NCBI RefSeq assembly: GCF_009914755.1
Contig: NC_060947.1
From: the human T2T-CHM13v2.0 reference genome, Homo sapiens
Length of the DNA: 64,000 nucleotides
Strand: one strand, 5' to 3'
Shown one piece after another: positions 41,684 through 54,840 of the stretch (its first letter is position 1; each line of letters starts with the position of its first letter). The position numbers and the translations under genes are program-made. Below the pieces are notes generated by a model. It was given only the letters and a program-made list of their open reading frames with translations. It had not been told where the DNA came from and did not search any database.

Positions 41684-43855
41684 ATATATTTATTTTGGAT
41701 CATTTTATTTTTTTCCATGATGAGTCATGAAATGCAGAACATTTAATAACAAAACTTTAAGGAGTCAGGAAGGACAAGGTGGCTGTTCTGGTTGTCGATG
41801 AGTCTATGCTTAACATTGAGATTATGTCTTCTTGAGTACCAGGTGTCTCTCCAATTTAAGTGTATAGGACTGATAACTGATAGGTTATTGTAGGTTATTT
41901 GACTTAGACCATGGAGTTCATTTAAATTGCGTATTTAAACAATTTCAGTATCAGCCAATATATCAAGAAAATCTGGCAAAGTATTTTCTTGGTATTTAAT
42001 TAATTTTTGTTCTTGGGTTAGCTGTTTTATAAACCAGTCTTCTCATTAAAGTTCTAGGAATTCTTACCCAGTCCAGATGATACGATTTTTAAATTACCAG
42101 AAACCTGTATTCAAGAGTGCTTTTCAGGGTCCTTTCCATTCTTTCATGAACCTCCTAGGATCTTGGGTACTTGTAAAGATTTCAGAAACTGCATCAGAAT
42201 TAAGTAATTAACTGTGGAAATGACTTTAAATAGTTATAGTGAAAGACACAATTGACAAACAAATTTGGTTATTTCTGTGGTATACAATAACTTAATAACC
42301 ATAATTATGATTGATAGCATATACTCAGACATATTAGAATTCCAGAAATCTCATATAATTTTGGAACATATATTAATGTTTCTCACTAAAATATAACCTG
42401 AAGGACTTTAAACTTTTTTTATTTTGACAGTGTTTCCCATGTAACTTAACATGTCAAATAATCTTGTTTACCTCTCTTTGGGATGCTGTAGGGGCCCCCT
42501 GTAGCACCCAAAAATGAGAGGTTAAAAAAGACAATGAAGCTGAAATTTGATTTGAGGAAGCCTGTTAAATATGATAAAGATTTAAAACCCTTAATATTAT
42601 AAAATAGAATTTCAGGTCACCATAAGTTATTTATTTAGCCAAAATGATGACTCAAAAATTTTTAAAAAGAAAAAATCTTTACTCTATAGAGGGAACACTT
42701 AGCTTTTCAAGCAAATTGTCTCTTTTCTTTCCCCTATTTTACCTGCAGCTTATTTAAAGGCAAATAAAAATATTTTATTATTCTTTAATATTACATAAAA
42801 ATCTTGTTCAAGAGAGAAAGCCAAATTTCATTATTGCATTAGTGTACCGTTAATGTTAACCCCAATTTTTAATAAAACCTTATAGACAAATCTATCCAAT
42901 CTTAATTAGTTTGAGCATAAGGTGAGATTTCCATAAATATTTTATTTATAACCATTTGCAAATTTTTGTTAAAGACCAGATCAGTGCTCTAAGAAAACCC
43001 TGTTATGCTTATATTCCAATGTTCAATTTACAGAAAAACTGAGTAATACCCCTTTAAATTTAGCCAATATGTTCACACACATAATTTTTTACAAGATTAC
43101 TTTTTCGCAAATCTTCTACAACTTGCTCAAACTTTTAGCTTTATTTTATCTAATTTTAAATAATTCTTTAACAGTTTAAACTAGGCAAAAATTTAAATTC
43201 CCATGCCTTCTTACAATCTTTTACTAAAAGCACATCTTACTTTTCTCACATACCTTACATGTAAAACTGTTTTTTAAGTAGTTTTAATTACATTTGACAA
43301 TGTTAACTAGCAATTTTTATTCTTGGTAAAAAACGTGGTGACTTTAATTATGTACTAGTTGTGGAGCCTAGGACTCCTGACAGAAGTGCAAATAAAGTCT
43401 GACTCTTTCCAACATGACCAGGGGGTATGGCTAACTAACTCCACATATCCCCAGGCCTTACATAGAATCTAATGGCTCTGAAGCAGGTAAATTGTACAAT
43501 TTTTTTTATTTCAATAGGTTTTGGGGAAACAGGTGGTGTTTGGATACAGGGATATGTTCTTTAATGGTGATTTCTGAGATATTGATGCACCCATCACTCG
43601 AGGAGTGTCCATTGTACCCAATGTATAGTCTTTTATCCGTCATCTCCTCCCACCCTTCCCCCCAATCCTGAAAGTCCATTGTATCACTCTATGCCTTTGC
43701 TTTCTTATAGCTTACCTCCAACTTATAAGTGAGAACATACAATATTTAGTTTTCCATTCCTGAGTTACTTCACTTAGAATAATGGTCTCCAACTCCATCC
43801 AGGTTGCTGTGAATGCCATTATTTTATTCATTTATATGGCTGAGTAGTATTCCAC

Positions 43856-43990
43856 GGTGTGTGTGTGTGTGTGTGCGTGTATATATATATATATATATAT
43901 AGTTATGTGTATATATAGTTATGTATATATAGTTATGTATGTATATAGTTATGTGTATATATATATAGTTATATATATTTATATATAGTT
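43856..43990. repeat. (TG)n(TA)n compound microsatellite with tatatagttatg units
   Basis: Visible low-complexity expansion inside the L1PB 3' region. Confidence 0.9.
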
Positions 43991-44893
43991 TGCACTCCCA
44001 CCAGCAGTGTTAAAGTGTTCCCTTTTACAACATCCACACCAACATCTATTTTTTTTTAATTGTGGCCATTCTTGCAAGAATAAGTTGTTATTGCATTGTG
44101 GTTTTGATTTGCATTGCCCTGATAATTAATAATGTTCAGCACTTTTTCATATGCTTGTTGGCCATTTGTATATCATCTTTTGAGAATTCTCTATTCATGT
44201 CCTTAGCCCACTTTTTGATGATAATTTTTTTTTCATGCTGATTTCTTTGAGTTCCTTGTATATTTTGGATATTAGTCCTTTGTCGGATGCATAGTTTATA
44301 AAGATTTTCTTCCACTCTGTGGGTTGTCTACTCTGCTGACTATTTCTGTTGTTGTGCAGAAGCTTTTTAGTTTAGTTAACTCCCATCTATTTATTTATCT
44401 TTGTTTTTGTTGCCTTTGCTTTTGGGTTCTGGGTCATGAAGTCTTTGCCTAAGCCAATGTCTAGAAGGGTTTTTCCAATGTTACCTTCTAGAATTTTTAT
44501 GGTTTGAGGTCTTAGATTTAAGTCTTTGACCCATCTTGAGTTGATTTATGTATAAGGTGAGAGATGAGGATCCAGTTTCATTCTTCTACATGTGGCTTGC
44601 CAATTATCCCAGTACCATTTGTTGAATAGGGTGTCTTATAGGGTGTCTTTTCCCTCTTTATGCTTTTGTTTGCTTTGTCAAAGACGAGTTGGTTGTAAGG
44701 ATTGGTTTTAATTTTCTGCTCTCTATTCTCTTCCATAGGTCTACATGCCTGTTTTTATTCCAGTATCATATGATGCTCTTTTGGTAAATATAGCCTTGTA
44801 GTATAGTTTGATGTTGGGTAATGTGTTGCCTCCAGATTTGTTCTTTTTGCTTAATCTTGATTTGGCTATGCAGGCTCTTTTTTGGTTCCATAT

Positions 44894-45417
44894 TGTTGGG
44901 AACAGGCCTGAAATCTGGCCATAAGCTGGTCCCAAAACTGGCCATAAACAAAATATCTGCAGCGCTGTGACATGTTCGTGATGGCCATGACGCCCACGCT
45001 GAAGGTTGTCGGTGGAATGAGGGCAAGGAACACCTGGCCCACCCAGGGCTGAAAACCACTTAAAGGCGTTCCTGAACAGCAAACAATAGCATGAGCGATC
45101 TGTGTCTTAAGGACGTGTTCCTGCCTTAAGGACATATTCCTAACTAGCCAGAGTCCATCCCTTTGTTTCGGCCCATCCCTTTGTTTCCCATAAAGAATAC
45201 TTTTAGTTAATCTATAATCTATAGAAATAATACTTATCATGGGCTTGCTGTCATTAAATATGTGGGTCAAACTCTGTTCAGGGCTCTCAGGTCTGAAGGC
45301 TGTGAGTCGCCTGATTTCCCACTCCACACTCTATATTTGTGTGTGTGTGTGTGTGTGTGCCTTTAATTCCTCTAGCACTGCTAGGTTAGGGTCTCCACGA
45401 CCTAGCTGGTCTCGGCA
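44894..45417 (+). repeat. 5' LTR (LTR3-like)
   Basis: tgttgggaacagg...ctggtctcggca; homologous to 50041-50532. Confidence 0.92.
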
Positions 45418-45567
45418 AGTGGTGCCCATGCGTAGGGCTCAAACCTGGGTCGAAGGGTCACCAGAGCAATGGTTGGAGAATGTGGAACTAAACTGGAGGA
45501 CACCAGAGTACCCTTAAGCAATCCCCATGGTGAGTAAGAAGGGGAGCTCGGAAGCATCAGGGTAATA

Positions 45568-46085
45568 ATGGGACAAGTGTGGGTTCTGGTTCATTCCACC
45601 TTGGAACCTTTTCACACTAATAATGAGGAGGAAGCAAAGTATAACGAAGTAACAGAAGAGGTGACAGAGCAGGTTTGTTTGCCAGCTAAAGCTAACGCAG
45701 CAAAGGAGAAAGAGGTTCATCCCTACCCTTCTGCACCTCTTAATTATTTTGAAGAAAAGGAGTGGCCTGACCCTCCAGATCTTTCTTTTCTGGAGGACAC
45801 TGGGTGAAAAGTAGTTGCCCCAGTGACTGTTCGAGCATTGCCTTGAGCGATCCCTCTCAGTTCTATTCAGTCAGGAATCCAGCAAGCTGGATGAGAGGGT
45901 GATATAGAGGCTTGGCAGTTCCCTGTTGAAATACACCTCCCAGATCAACAGAGAAATATTACAGCTATATTTCAGCCTGTTCCTTTTAAATTACTCAAAA
46001 AATTTAAGCAAGCTATTAATCAATATGGACCAGGTTCTCCTTTTGTAATGGGACTGTTAAAGAATGTTGCTGTCTCCAGTCAGAT
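45568..46085 (+). pseudogene. HML6 gag remnant
   Basis: MGQVWVLVHSTLEPF...PYPSAP...; later QFPV and [14 protein letters not shown] capsid-like text, with stops and deletions. Confidence 0.75.
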
Positions 46086-46086
46086 G

Positions 46087-46799
46087 TTGCCAGCGGGGAC
46101 AGTAGGATTACTTCTAGGTAGATCTAGTTTAAATTTAAAAGGAGTGCAAGTACAAACAGGAGTCATTGATTCAGATTACAATGGGGAAACTCAAATTGTT
46201 ATATCTACTTCTGTTCCCTGGAAGCAGAGCCAGGAGAGCATATAGCACAGCTTCTGATTTTGCCGTATGTGAAAATGGGGAAAAGTGAAATTAAATGAGC
46301 AGGAGGATTCGGAAGCACAAATAAACAAAGCAAAGCAGCTTATTGGGTGAATCAAATTACTGATCAATGTCCTACCTGTGAAATAACTATTCAGGGAAAG
46401 AAATTTAAAGGTTTGGTAGATACAGGAGTGGACATTTCAATCATTTCTCTACAGCACTGGTCATCCATGTGGCCAATTCAACCCACTCAATTTAACACAG
46501 TTAGAGTTGGTAAAGCCCCTGAAGTATATCAAAGTAGTTATATTTTTCATTGTGAAGGGCCTGAGGGACAACCTGGGACTATTCAACCAACTGTAACTTC
46601 TGTACCTATAAATTTATGGGGGAGAGATTTATTACAGCAATGGGGAGCAAAAGTTCTAATTCCAGAGCAATTATATAGCCCTCAGAGTCAACATATGATG
46701 CATGAAATAGGGTACGTCCCTGGTACGGGACTAGGAAAAAATTTGCAAGGTTTGAAGGAACGCTTCAAGTGGAAACACAAAGTTTCCACCAAGGTTTAA
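46087..46799 (+). pseudogene. HML6 pro remnant (partial dUTPase, aspartic protease, G-patch)
   Basis: GLLLGRSS...[10 protein letters not shown] (dUTPase motifs); GLVDTGVDISII and NLWGRDLL (protease); GYVPGTGLGKNLQG (G-patch). Confidence 0.88.
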
Positions 46800-46809
46800 G
46801 ATATCATTT

Positions 46810-48930
46810 TTGATAGCAGCCATTGTTAAGCCTCCAGAACCTATACCTTTAAAATGGTTAACAGATAAGCCAATTTGGATAGAACAATGGCCACTGAGTA
46901 AAGAGAAACTGGAGGTTTTACAGAACTTAGTTACTGAACAATTAGGAAAAGGACACATAGCTCCAACATTTTCCTCTTGGAATTATCCAGTTTTCGTGAT
47001 TAAGAAAAAATCAGGTAAATGGAGAATGTTAACTGACTTAAGAGCCATTAATTCAGTTATACAACCTATGGGGACATTACAGCTAGGACTGCCTGTTAAA
47101 CAGTCCAACAATTTTCCAGACTTATCAATTGAAAACATTAAATGACTTTCAAAAATTACTAGAGGACATTAATTGGATATGACCTGCTCTAGGCATTCCT
47201 ACCTATGCTATGAGTAATCTATTTTCTATCCTTAGAGGAGATCCTAGTCTCACTAGCCATTGGCAATTAACAAAGGAGGCTGAGGCAGAGTTACAGCTGA
47301 TTGAAAAGCAAGTCCATAAAGCTCAAATAAATAGAATAGATCCAGAGAAGATTCCAGATTTGCTAATTTTTTCAACTCAGCATTCTACTGGTGTTATTGT
47401 TCAAGAGCAAGGTCTTGTAGAGTGGCTTTTTCTTCCACATACTAATTCACGGACTCTAACTCCTTATGTGGATCAAATCGCTACTATGATAGGAAATGGG
47501 AGAACTCAGATTGTTAAATTACATGGATATTATCCTGGAAAAATTATTGTCCCTCTCATGAAGGCACAAATACAGCAAGCTTTTATAAATAGTCTTACTT
47601 GGCAAACCCATTTAGCTGACTTTGTGGTTATTCTCGATAATCATTTTCCTAAAATGAAACTGTTTCAATTTTTGAAATTAACTAATTGGATTCTCCCTAA
47701 AATAACTAAATTTAAACCAATTAAAGGTGCTGAAAATGTCTTCACAGATGGGTCTAGTAATGGTAAAGCTTCTTATTCTGAATTGAAAGGTAAAATTTTT
47801 CAGATGCCCTATACTTCTGCTCAGAAAGCAGAGCTTGTAGCTGTAATTGAGGTATTGACTGCTTTTAATATGACTATTAATGTGATTTCTGATTCATCAT
47901 ATGTGGTTCATTCCACACAATTAATTGAAAATGTTCAGTTACGATTTCATACAGATGAACAACTGATGACTTTATTTACCTAATTGCAAACAGCAGTCAG
48001 GAGTAGAATGCACCCTTTTTGCGTCCCTCACATTAGGGCTCATAAACCTCTTCCAGGACTTTTAACTGAAGGGAATCAAGTGGCTGAACACCTAGTTGCT
48101 ACTGCAATATCTAATGCTAGACACTTTCACAATTTAACCCATGTTAATGCCGCTGGTCTCAAACGCAGATACAGCATTACCTGGAAAGAAGCTAAAGCTA
48201 TTATCCAGCAATGTCCAACTTGCCAAATGGTGTATTCCTCATCTTTTACAGGTGGAGTTAATCCTCGAGGATTGGAAACTAATTCTCTTTGGCAAATGAA
48301 TGTCACACATGTTCCCTCATTTGGGAGACTAGCTTATGTACATGTATGTGTGGACACCTTTTCTCACTTTGTCTGGGCTACATGCCAATAAGGAGAGTCT
48401 TCTTCCTGTGTTAAATGTCACCTTTTGCAGTGTTTTGTGGTAGTGGGCATTCCAACTTCTATTAAAACAAATAATGCCTCAGGCTCTACTAGTCAAGCTC
48501 TAGCTACATTTATCTCTATATGGAATATTAAACACATTAGTGGTATCCCATATAATTCTCAAGGACAAGCCATAGTGGAAAGAATGAATCTCTCCCTAAA
48601 ACAGCAGTTGCAAAAGCTAAAGGGGGAAACTGGGGACTACGGGACACCCCATATGGAATTGAATGTAGCATTATTGACTTTAAATTTTTTGAGCCTGTCT
48701 AAACGCCAGATGCAATCAGCAACTGAATAACATCTACAAAAACAAGCTGCAAAGACAGAAGCAGAATAACTAGTTTGGTGGAGAGATCTGATAACAAAAA
48801 GTTGGGAAATAGGTAAATTAATAACTTGGGGTAGAGGTTATGCTTGTGTTTCTCCAGGACCAAATCAACAGCCAATTTGGGTGCCATCAAGACATCTAAA
48901 GCCTTATCATGAGCCAGATGCCAAATAAGA
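46810..48930 (+). pseudogene. HML6 pol remnant (RT deleted internally, RNase H, integrase)
   Basis: WIEQWPL...[22 protein letters not shown]; FTDGSS/SAQKAEL/SDSSY; HNLTHVN...CPTC; GIPYNSQGQAIVER. In-frame stops present. Confidence 0.9.
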
Positions 48931-50028
48931 GACTCTGGGAGGAACCCGAGAACCCCCCAGTTGCAGCCATGTCAAGACTGATGCTGAGGAGGACCCCAAC
49001 TGTCACAAGCAACACCTATTGAACACAGCCAACTACCTGCGGACAGATCAAGAAGCTGTCACAGATAGCAGAAGAAAACCTGAGGAAAGCAGGACAACCA
49101 GTCACCATGAGTAATTTAATCATAGCCATAATAGCAGTGATCACCACTGCTGTGAGTATTCCCTCAACAAGGGCTGACACAGAGAACAATTATACTTATT
49201 GGTCATATTTATCGATCTTGGCTGGCAATAATGCCTGGATGTAATCACTCTATGACACAGTTACACATGCTTTCTGATCTCAGTATTTACCATAATACAT
49301 CTGCTCCTATAATTGAGGCATACTGCCCTCAAAAACCTATTTGTAAGCAGAATTGGACCTGGCCAGAAATAATGAATGTACTTGTTTGGGAAAATTGCAT
49401 TGCAGAACAGGCAGAGGTGCTGTGCAACGATTCCTATGGAATCATTATTGATTGGTCCCCTAAGGGGATGTTCAGCTTGAATTGCACCTCTCAGTCTGTG
49501 TGCCATGGCCACACTATGTTCAGCTGGTCTGAACAGAATGGTCAGATGGTAGAAATGGTTAGAAATATGGCAAGAGTTCCTATTATCTGGAAACATGGTG
49601 GTATAGTGGCACCTCAACCTCAAATGATATGGCTCGCTCTAGGAGTTAAACATAAGGATTTGTGGAAACAATTAATGGCTCTTAAATAAGATCAAAATTT
49701 GGGAAATAATAAAAAAGCATCTAGAAGGACACTCCACAAACTTGTCTTTGGATATTGCAAAATTAAAAGAACAAATATTTAAAGCATCCCAGGCACACCT
49801 GACCTTAATGCCAGGAACTGGAGTGCTTGAAGGAGCTGCAGACAGAGTAGCAGCTATTAACCCATTAAAATAGATAAGGACACTTGGAGGCTCTGTGATT
49901 TCAATGATGATTGTGTTTTTAATCTGTGTTGTTTGTCTTTGTATAGTCTGTAGATGCGGATCCCGACTCCTGCAAGAAATAGTTCACCATGACAAAGCTG
50001 CCTTTGCTTTTATTGCTTTGCAAAACAT
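48918..50028 (+). pseudogene. HML6 env remnant
   Basis: Signal-peptide-like GQIKKLSQIAEENLRK, SU-like GIIIDWSPKG, TM-like LSLDIAKLKEQIF and a hydrophobic anchor. Frameshifted and deleted. Confidence 0.75.
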
Positions 50029-50040
50029 AAAAGGGGGATA

Positions 50041-50532
50041 TGTTGGGGATAAGCCCCCAAATCTGGCCATAAAGTAGCCCCAAAACTGGTCATAAACAAA
50101 ATCTCTGCAGCACTGTGACATGTTTGTGATGGCCATGACGCCCACGCTGAAAGTTGTTGGCTTACTGGAATGAGGGCAAGGAACACCTGGCCCACCCAGG
50201 GCAGAAAACTGCTTAAAGGCATTCCTAAACCACAAACAATAGCATGAGCAATCTGTGCCTTAAGGACATATTTGTGCTGCAGATAACTAGCCAGAGCCCA
50301 TCCCTTTGTTTCCCATAAGGAATGCTTTTAGTTAATCTATAATCTATAGAAATAATGCTTATCACTGGCTTGCTGTCAATAAATATGTGGATCAAACTCT
50401 GTTCGGGGCTCTCAGCTCTGAAGGCTGTGAGTCCCCTGATTTCCCACTTCACATTCTATATTTCTGTGTGTGTGTCTTTAATTCCTCCAGCGCCACTGGG
50501 TAAGGGTATCCACGACCAAGCTGGTCTCGGCA
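50041..50532 (+). repeat. 3' LTR (LTR3-like)
   Basis: tgttggggataagccccc...ctggtctcggca; AATAAA at 50378-50383. Confidence 0.92.
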
Positions 50533-51788
50533 CCATACGAATTTTAGAATTGTTTTTTCCAGTTTTGTGAAAGATGATGATGATATGTTGATGGGAATTG
50601 CATTGAATTGTAGATTGCTTTTGGAAGTATAGTCCTTTTCACAATATTGATTCTACCCATCCCTGAGCATGAGATGTGTTTCCATTTGATTGTGTCATCT
50701 ATGATTTCTTTCAGCAGCATTTTCTAATTTTCCTTGTAGAGGTCTTTCACCTCCTTGTTTGGTATATTTCTAAGTATTTTATTTTTTTCACACCTATTGT
50801 AAAAGTGGCTGAGATCTTGATTTGATTCTCAGTTTGGTTCATAGCAGCTCTATTAAATTTGTGTGCATTGATTTTGTATTCTGAAACTTTACTGAATTCA
50901 TTTATCAGATCTAGGAGCTTTTGGATTAGTCTTTAGGTTTTTCTACATATATGATTTTATCATTGGTGAAGAGCAATAGTTTGACTTTTCCGTACCAGTT
51001 TGGATGTCCATTATTTCTTTCACTTGTCTGATTGCTCTGGCTAGGACTTCTGGTATTATGTTGAAAAGAAGTGTTGAACATGGGCATCCTTGTCTTATTC
51101 CAGTTCTTAGGGGGAATGTTTTCAATTTTTCCATGGTCAGTATAATGTTGGCTGTGGGCTTGTCACAGATGGCATTTATTACTTTAAGGTATGCCCCTTC
51201 TATGCTGATTTTGGTGAGGGTTTTAATCATATAGCAATGCTAGATGTTGTCAAATGCTTTTTCTGCCTCTATTGAGATGATCATGGGATTTTTTGTTTTT
51301 AATTCTGTTTATGTGGTGTATCACATTTCTTGACTTGCATATGTTAAACCAACACTGCATCACTGCCATGAAAAGGCCTTGATCATGGTGGATTGTCTTT
51401 GTCATCTGCTGTTAGGTTTGGTAAGCTAGTATTTTCTTGAGGATATTTACATCTATGTTCATCAGAGATATTGGTCTGCAGTTTTGTTTTTTGTTATGTA
51501 CTTTCCTGGTTTTTGTATTAGGGAAATACTGGCTTCATAGAATGATTTAGGGAGGATTCTGTCTTTCTCTATCTTTTAGAATAGTTTCAACAGAATTCAT
51601 ATCAATTCTTCTTTGAATGTCTGATTGAATTCAGCTGTTAATCTATCTGTCCCTGGACTTTTGTTGGCAATTTTAAAATTACCATTTCAATCTTGCTGCT
51701 TGCTATTGGTCTGTTCAGAGTTTCTGTATTTTTCTGGTTTAATCTAGGAGGGTTGTATATTTCCAGGAATTTATCCATCTCCTTCAGG

Positions 51789-54700
51789 TTTTTTTTTTTG
51801 CCCCTTAACTTTTATTTTAAGTTTAGGGGTATGTGTGCAGGATGTGCAGGTTTGTTACACAGGTAAATGTGTGCCATGGTGGTTTGCTGTACAGATCATT
51901 TTATCACCTAGGTATTAAGCCCAACATCCATTAGCTATTTTTTCTGATACTCTCCCTCCCCTAATCACCTGCAACAGGCCCCAGTGTGTGTTGTTTCCCC
52001 CATATGTCCATTTTTCTCATCATTCAGCTCCCACTTATAAGTGAGAACATGTGGTGTTTGGTTTTCTGTTTCTGCATTAGTTTGCTGAGAAACAAGGCTT
52101 CCAACCCCATCTATGTCCCTGCAAAATAAATGATCTTGTTCCTTTTTATGACTGCATAGTATTTCAGAGTGAATCTGGACCACATTTTCTTTATCCAGTT
52201 TACCATTCATGGGCATTTAGATTGATTCCATGTCTTTGCTATTGTGAAAAGTGCTGCAGTGAACATACATGTTCATGTATCTTTATCATAGAATAATTTA
52301 TATTAATTTGGTTATATACCCAGTAATAGGATGGCTGGGTCAAATGGTATTTCTGTCTCTACATCTTTGCAGAATCACCACACTGTCCTCCACAATGGTT
52401 GAACTAATTTACATTCTCACCAACAGTGTAAAAATATTCCTTTTTCTCTGCAATCTCAACAGCGTCTGTTGTTTTTTTTACTTTTTAAAGATCGCCATTC
52501 TGACTGGCTTGAGAGGGTATCTCATTGTGTTTTTGACATGCATTTATCTAATAATCAGTGATGTTGAGCTTTCTTCATATGTTTTTGGATGAATGTATAC
52601 CTTCTTTTGAAAAGTGTTTGTTCATTTTCCCAAGTTTATTGGGATTGTTTACTTTTTTCTTGTAAATTTGTTTAAATTTCTAGTATACTCTGGATATTAG
52701 ACCTTTATCCGATAGGTAAATTGCAAAAATTTTCTCTCATTCTGAAGGCTGTCTGTTCACTATGATGACAGTTTATTTTGCTGTGCAGAAGCCCTTTAGT
52801 TTAGTTAGATCCTATTTGTCAATTTTTATTTTGTTGTGATTGCTTTTGGCATTTTCATCATGAAACCTTTACCAATACCTATGTCCTAAATGATATTGCC
52901 TAGATTTTCTTCTAGGGTATTAATGGTTTGGGGGTTTACATTTAAGTCTTTAATCCAACTAGAGTTAATTTTTGTATGTGGTGTAATAAATGGGTCTAGT
53001 TTTAATTTTCTGCATATAGCCAGCCAGCACACACAGCAGCATTTATTATATGGAAAGTCATTTCCTCATTGCTAATTTTTGTCAAGTTTGCTGAAGATCA
53101 GACGGTTGTAGGTGTGTGGTCTTATTTCTGGGTTCTCTATTCTGTTACATGGGTCTGTGCATCTGTTTTTGTACCAGTACCTTGCTGTTTTGGTTACTGT
53201 AGCCTTATAGTATAGTTTGAAGTCGGGGAGCATGATGCCTCTAGCTTTGTTCTTTTTGCTTAGGAATGACTTGGCTATTCAGGCTCATTTTTGGTTCCAT
53301 ATGAATGTTAAAATAGTTTTTTCTAATTCTGTGAAGATTGCCAGTGGTAGTTTAATGGGAATAGCATTGAATAGCCAGAAACTTTTGGGCTGAGATGGTG
53401 AGGTTTTCTAGATATAGAATCACGTCATCTACAAACAAAGATAATTTGACTTCCTCCCTTCCTATTTGAATATGCTTTCTTACTCCTGCCTGATTGCCCT
53501 GGCCAGAACTTCCAATACTATGCTGAATAGGAGTGGTGAGAGAGGGCATCCTTGTCTTGTGCTGGTTTTCGAGGGGAATTCTTTCAGTTTTTTTACCATT
53601 CAGTATGGCACTTGCTATGGGTTTGTTATATATGGCTTATGATTTTGAGATATGTTCCTTTAATACCTAGTTTATTGAGAATTTTTAACATGAAGCGATG
53701 CTGAATTTTATCAAGGGCCTTTTCTGCATCTACTGAGATAATCATGTGGTTTTTGTCTTTAGTTCTGTTTATGTGATGAATCACATTTATTGATTTGTGT
53801 ATGCTTAACTAACCATGGATCCCAGGGATGAAGCCAACTTGATCGTGGTGGATAAGCTTTCTGATGTGCTGCTGGATTTGGTTTACAAGTATTTTATTGA
53901 GAATTTTTGCATCAATGTTTATGAAGGATATTGACCTGAAGGTTTTTGTTTTTGTTTTTGTTTTTGTTTTTGTTTTTATCTCTGCCAGGTTTTGGTATCA
54001 GGATGATGCTGGCCTCATAGAATGAGTTAGGGAGGAGTCCCTCATTTTGTTTTGTTTTTGGTTTGTAAGCTATTTATTACTGCCTCAATTTCAGAACTTA
54101 TTATTGGTCTATTCAGAGATTCAATTTCTTCCTCATTAAGTCTTGGGAGGGTGTATGTGTCCTGGAAATTATCCATTTATCATTTCTGATTGTGTTTATT
54201 TTATTCTTTCCTCTTTTCTTCTATATTAGTCTTGTTAGCAGTCTATTTTATTATTGTTTTCAAAAAGCCAGCTCCTGGATTCATTGACTTTTTGAAGGGT
54301 TTTTGTGTCTCTTTCTCTTTCACTTCAGCTGTGATATTGTTTACTTCTTGTCTTCTGATAGCTTTGGGGTTTGTTTTCTCTTGGTTCTTTAGCTCTTTTA
54401 GTTGAGATGTTAGGTTGTTAACTCTGGATCTTTCTAGCTTTTTGATGTGATGATTTAGTGATATAAATTTACCTCTTAATATTGCTTTAGCTGTGTCCCA
54501 GAGATTCTAGTACATTGTCTTTTTGTTCTCATTAGTTTTAGAGAATGTCTTGATTTCTGCCTTAACTTCATTGTTTACTCAAGAGTCATTGAGGAGCAGG
54601 TTCTTCAATTTTCATGTAGCTGTGTGTTTTTGAGTAAATTTCTTCACCTTGAGTTTTTATTTGATTGTACTGCGGTCTGAGAACTATTCATTATGATTTC

Positions 54701-54840
54701 AGTTCTTTTGCATTTTCTGAGGAGTGTTTTACTTTCAATTATGTCATGAATTTTAGAGTAAGTGCTATGTGGCAATTAGAAGTACGTATATTCTGTTAAA
54801 TTTGGGTGGACATTTCTGCAGATGTCTGTCACTACTATTG
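51789..54840 (-). mobile_element. 5'-truncated L1PA (L1PA8-13-like) inserted in the L1PB
   Basis: New poly-T and 3'UTR at 51789, then ORF2 sequence that repeats regions already present in the host L1. Several internal deletions; right boundary approximate. Confidence 0.78.

Larger units (their letters stand above)
44894..50532 (+). mobile_element. Internally deleted HERV-K(HML6)-type provirus with LTR3-family LTRs
   Basis: TG...CA LTRs at 44894-45417 and 50041-50532, 6-bp TSD ccatat/ccatac, Lys PBS at 45420, PPT aaaaggggga before 50041, and betaretroviral gag, dUTPase, protease, pol and env remnants. Confidence 0.92.

Noticed and set aside
43856-43990. Repeat-spacer-like array (tatatagttatg units)
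   Set aside because: Low-complexity microsatellite expansion without unique spacers; not CRISPR-like, and the DNA is mammalian.
44741-45327. Antisense ORFs across the LTR3/L1 junction
   Set aside because: Incidental fusions of LTR antisense and L1 ORF2 fragments.
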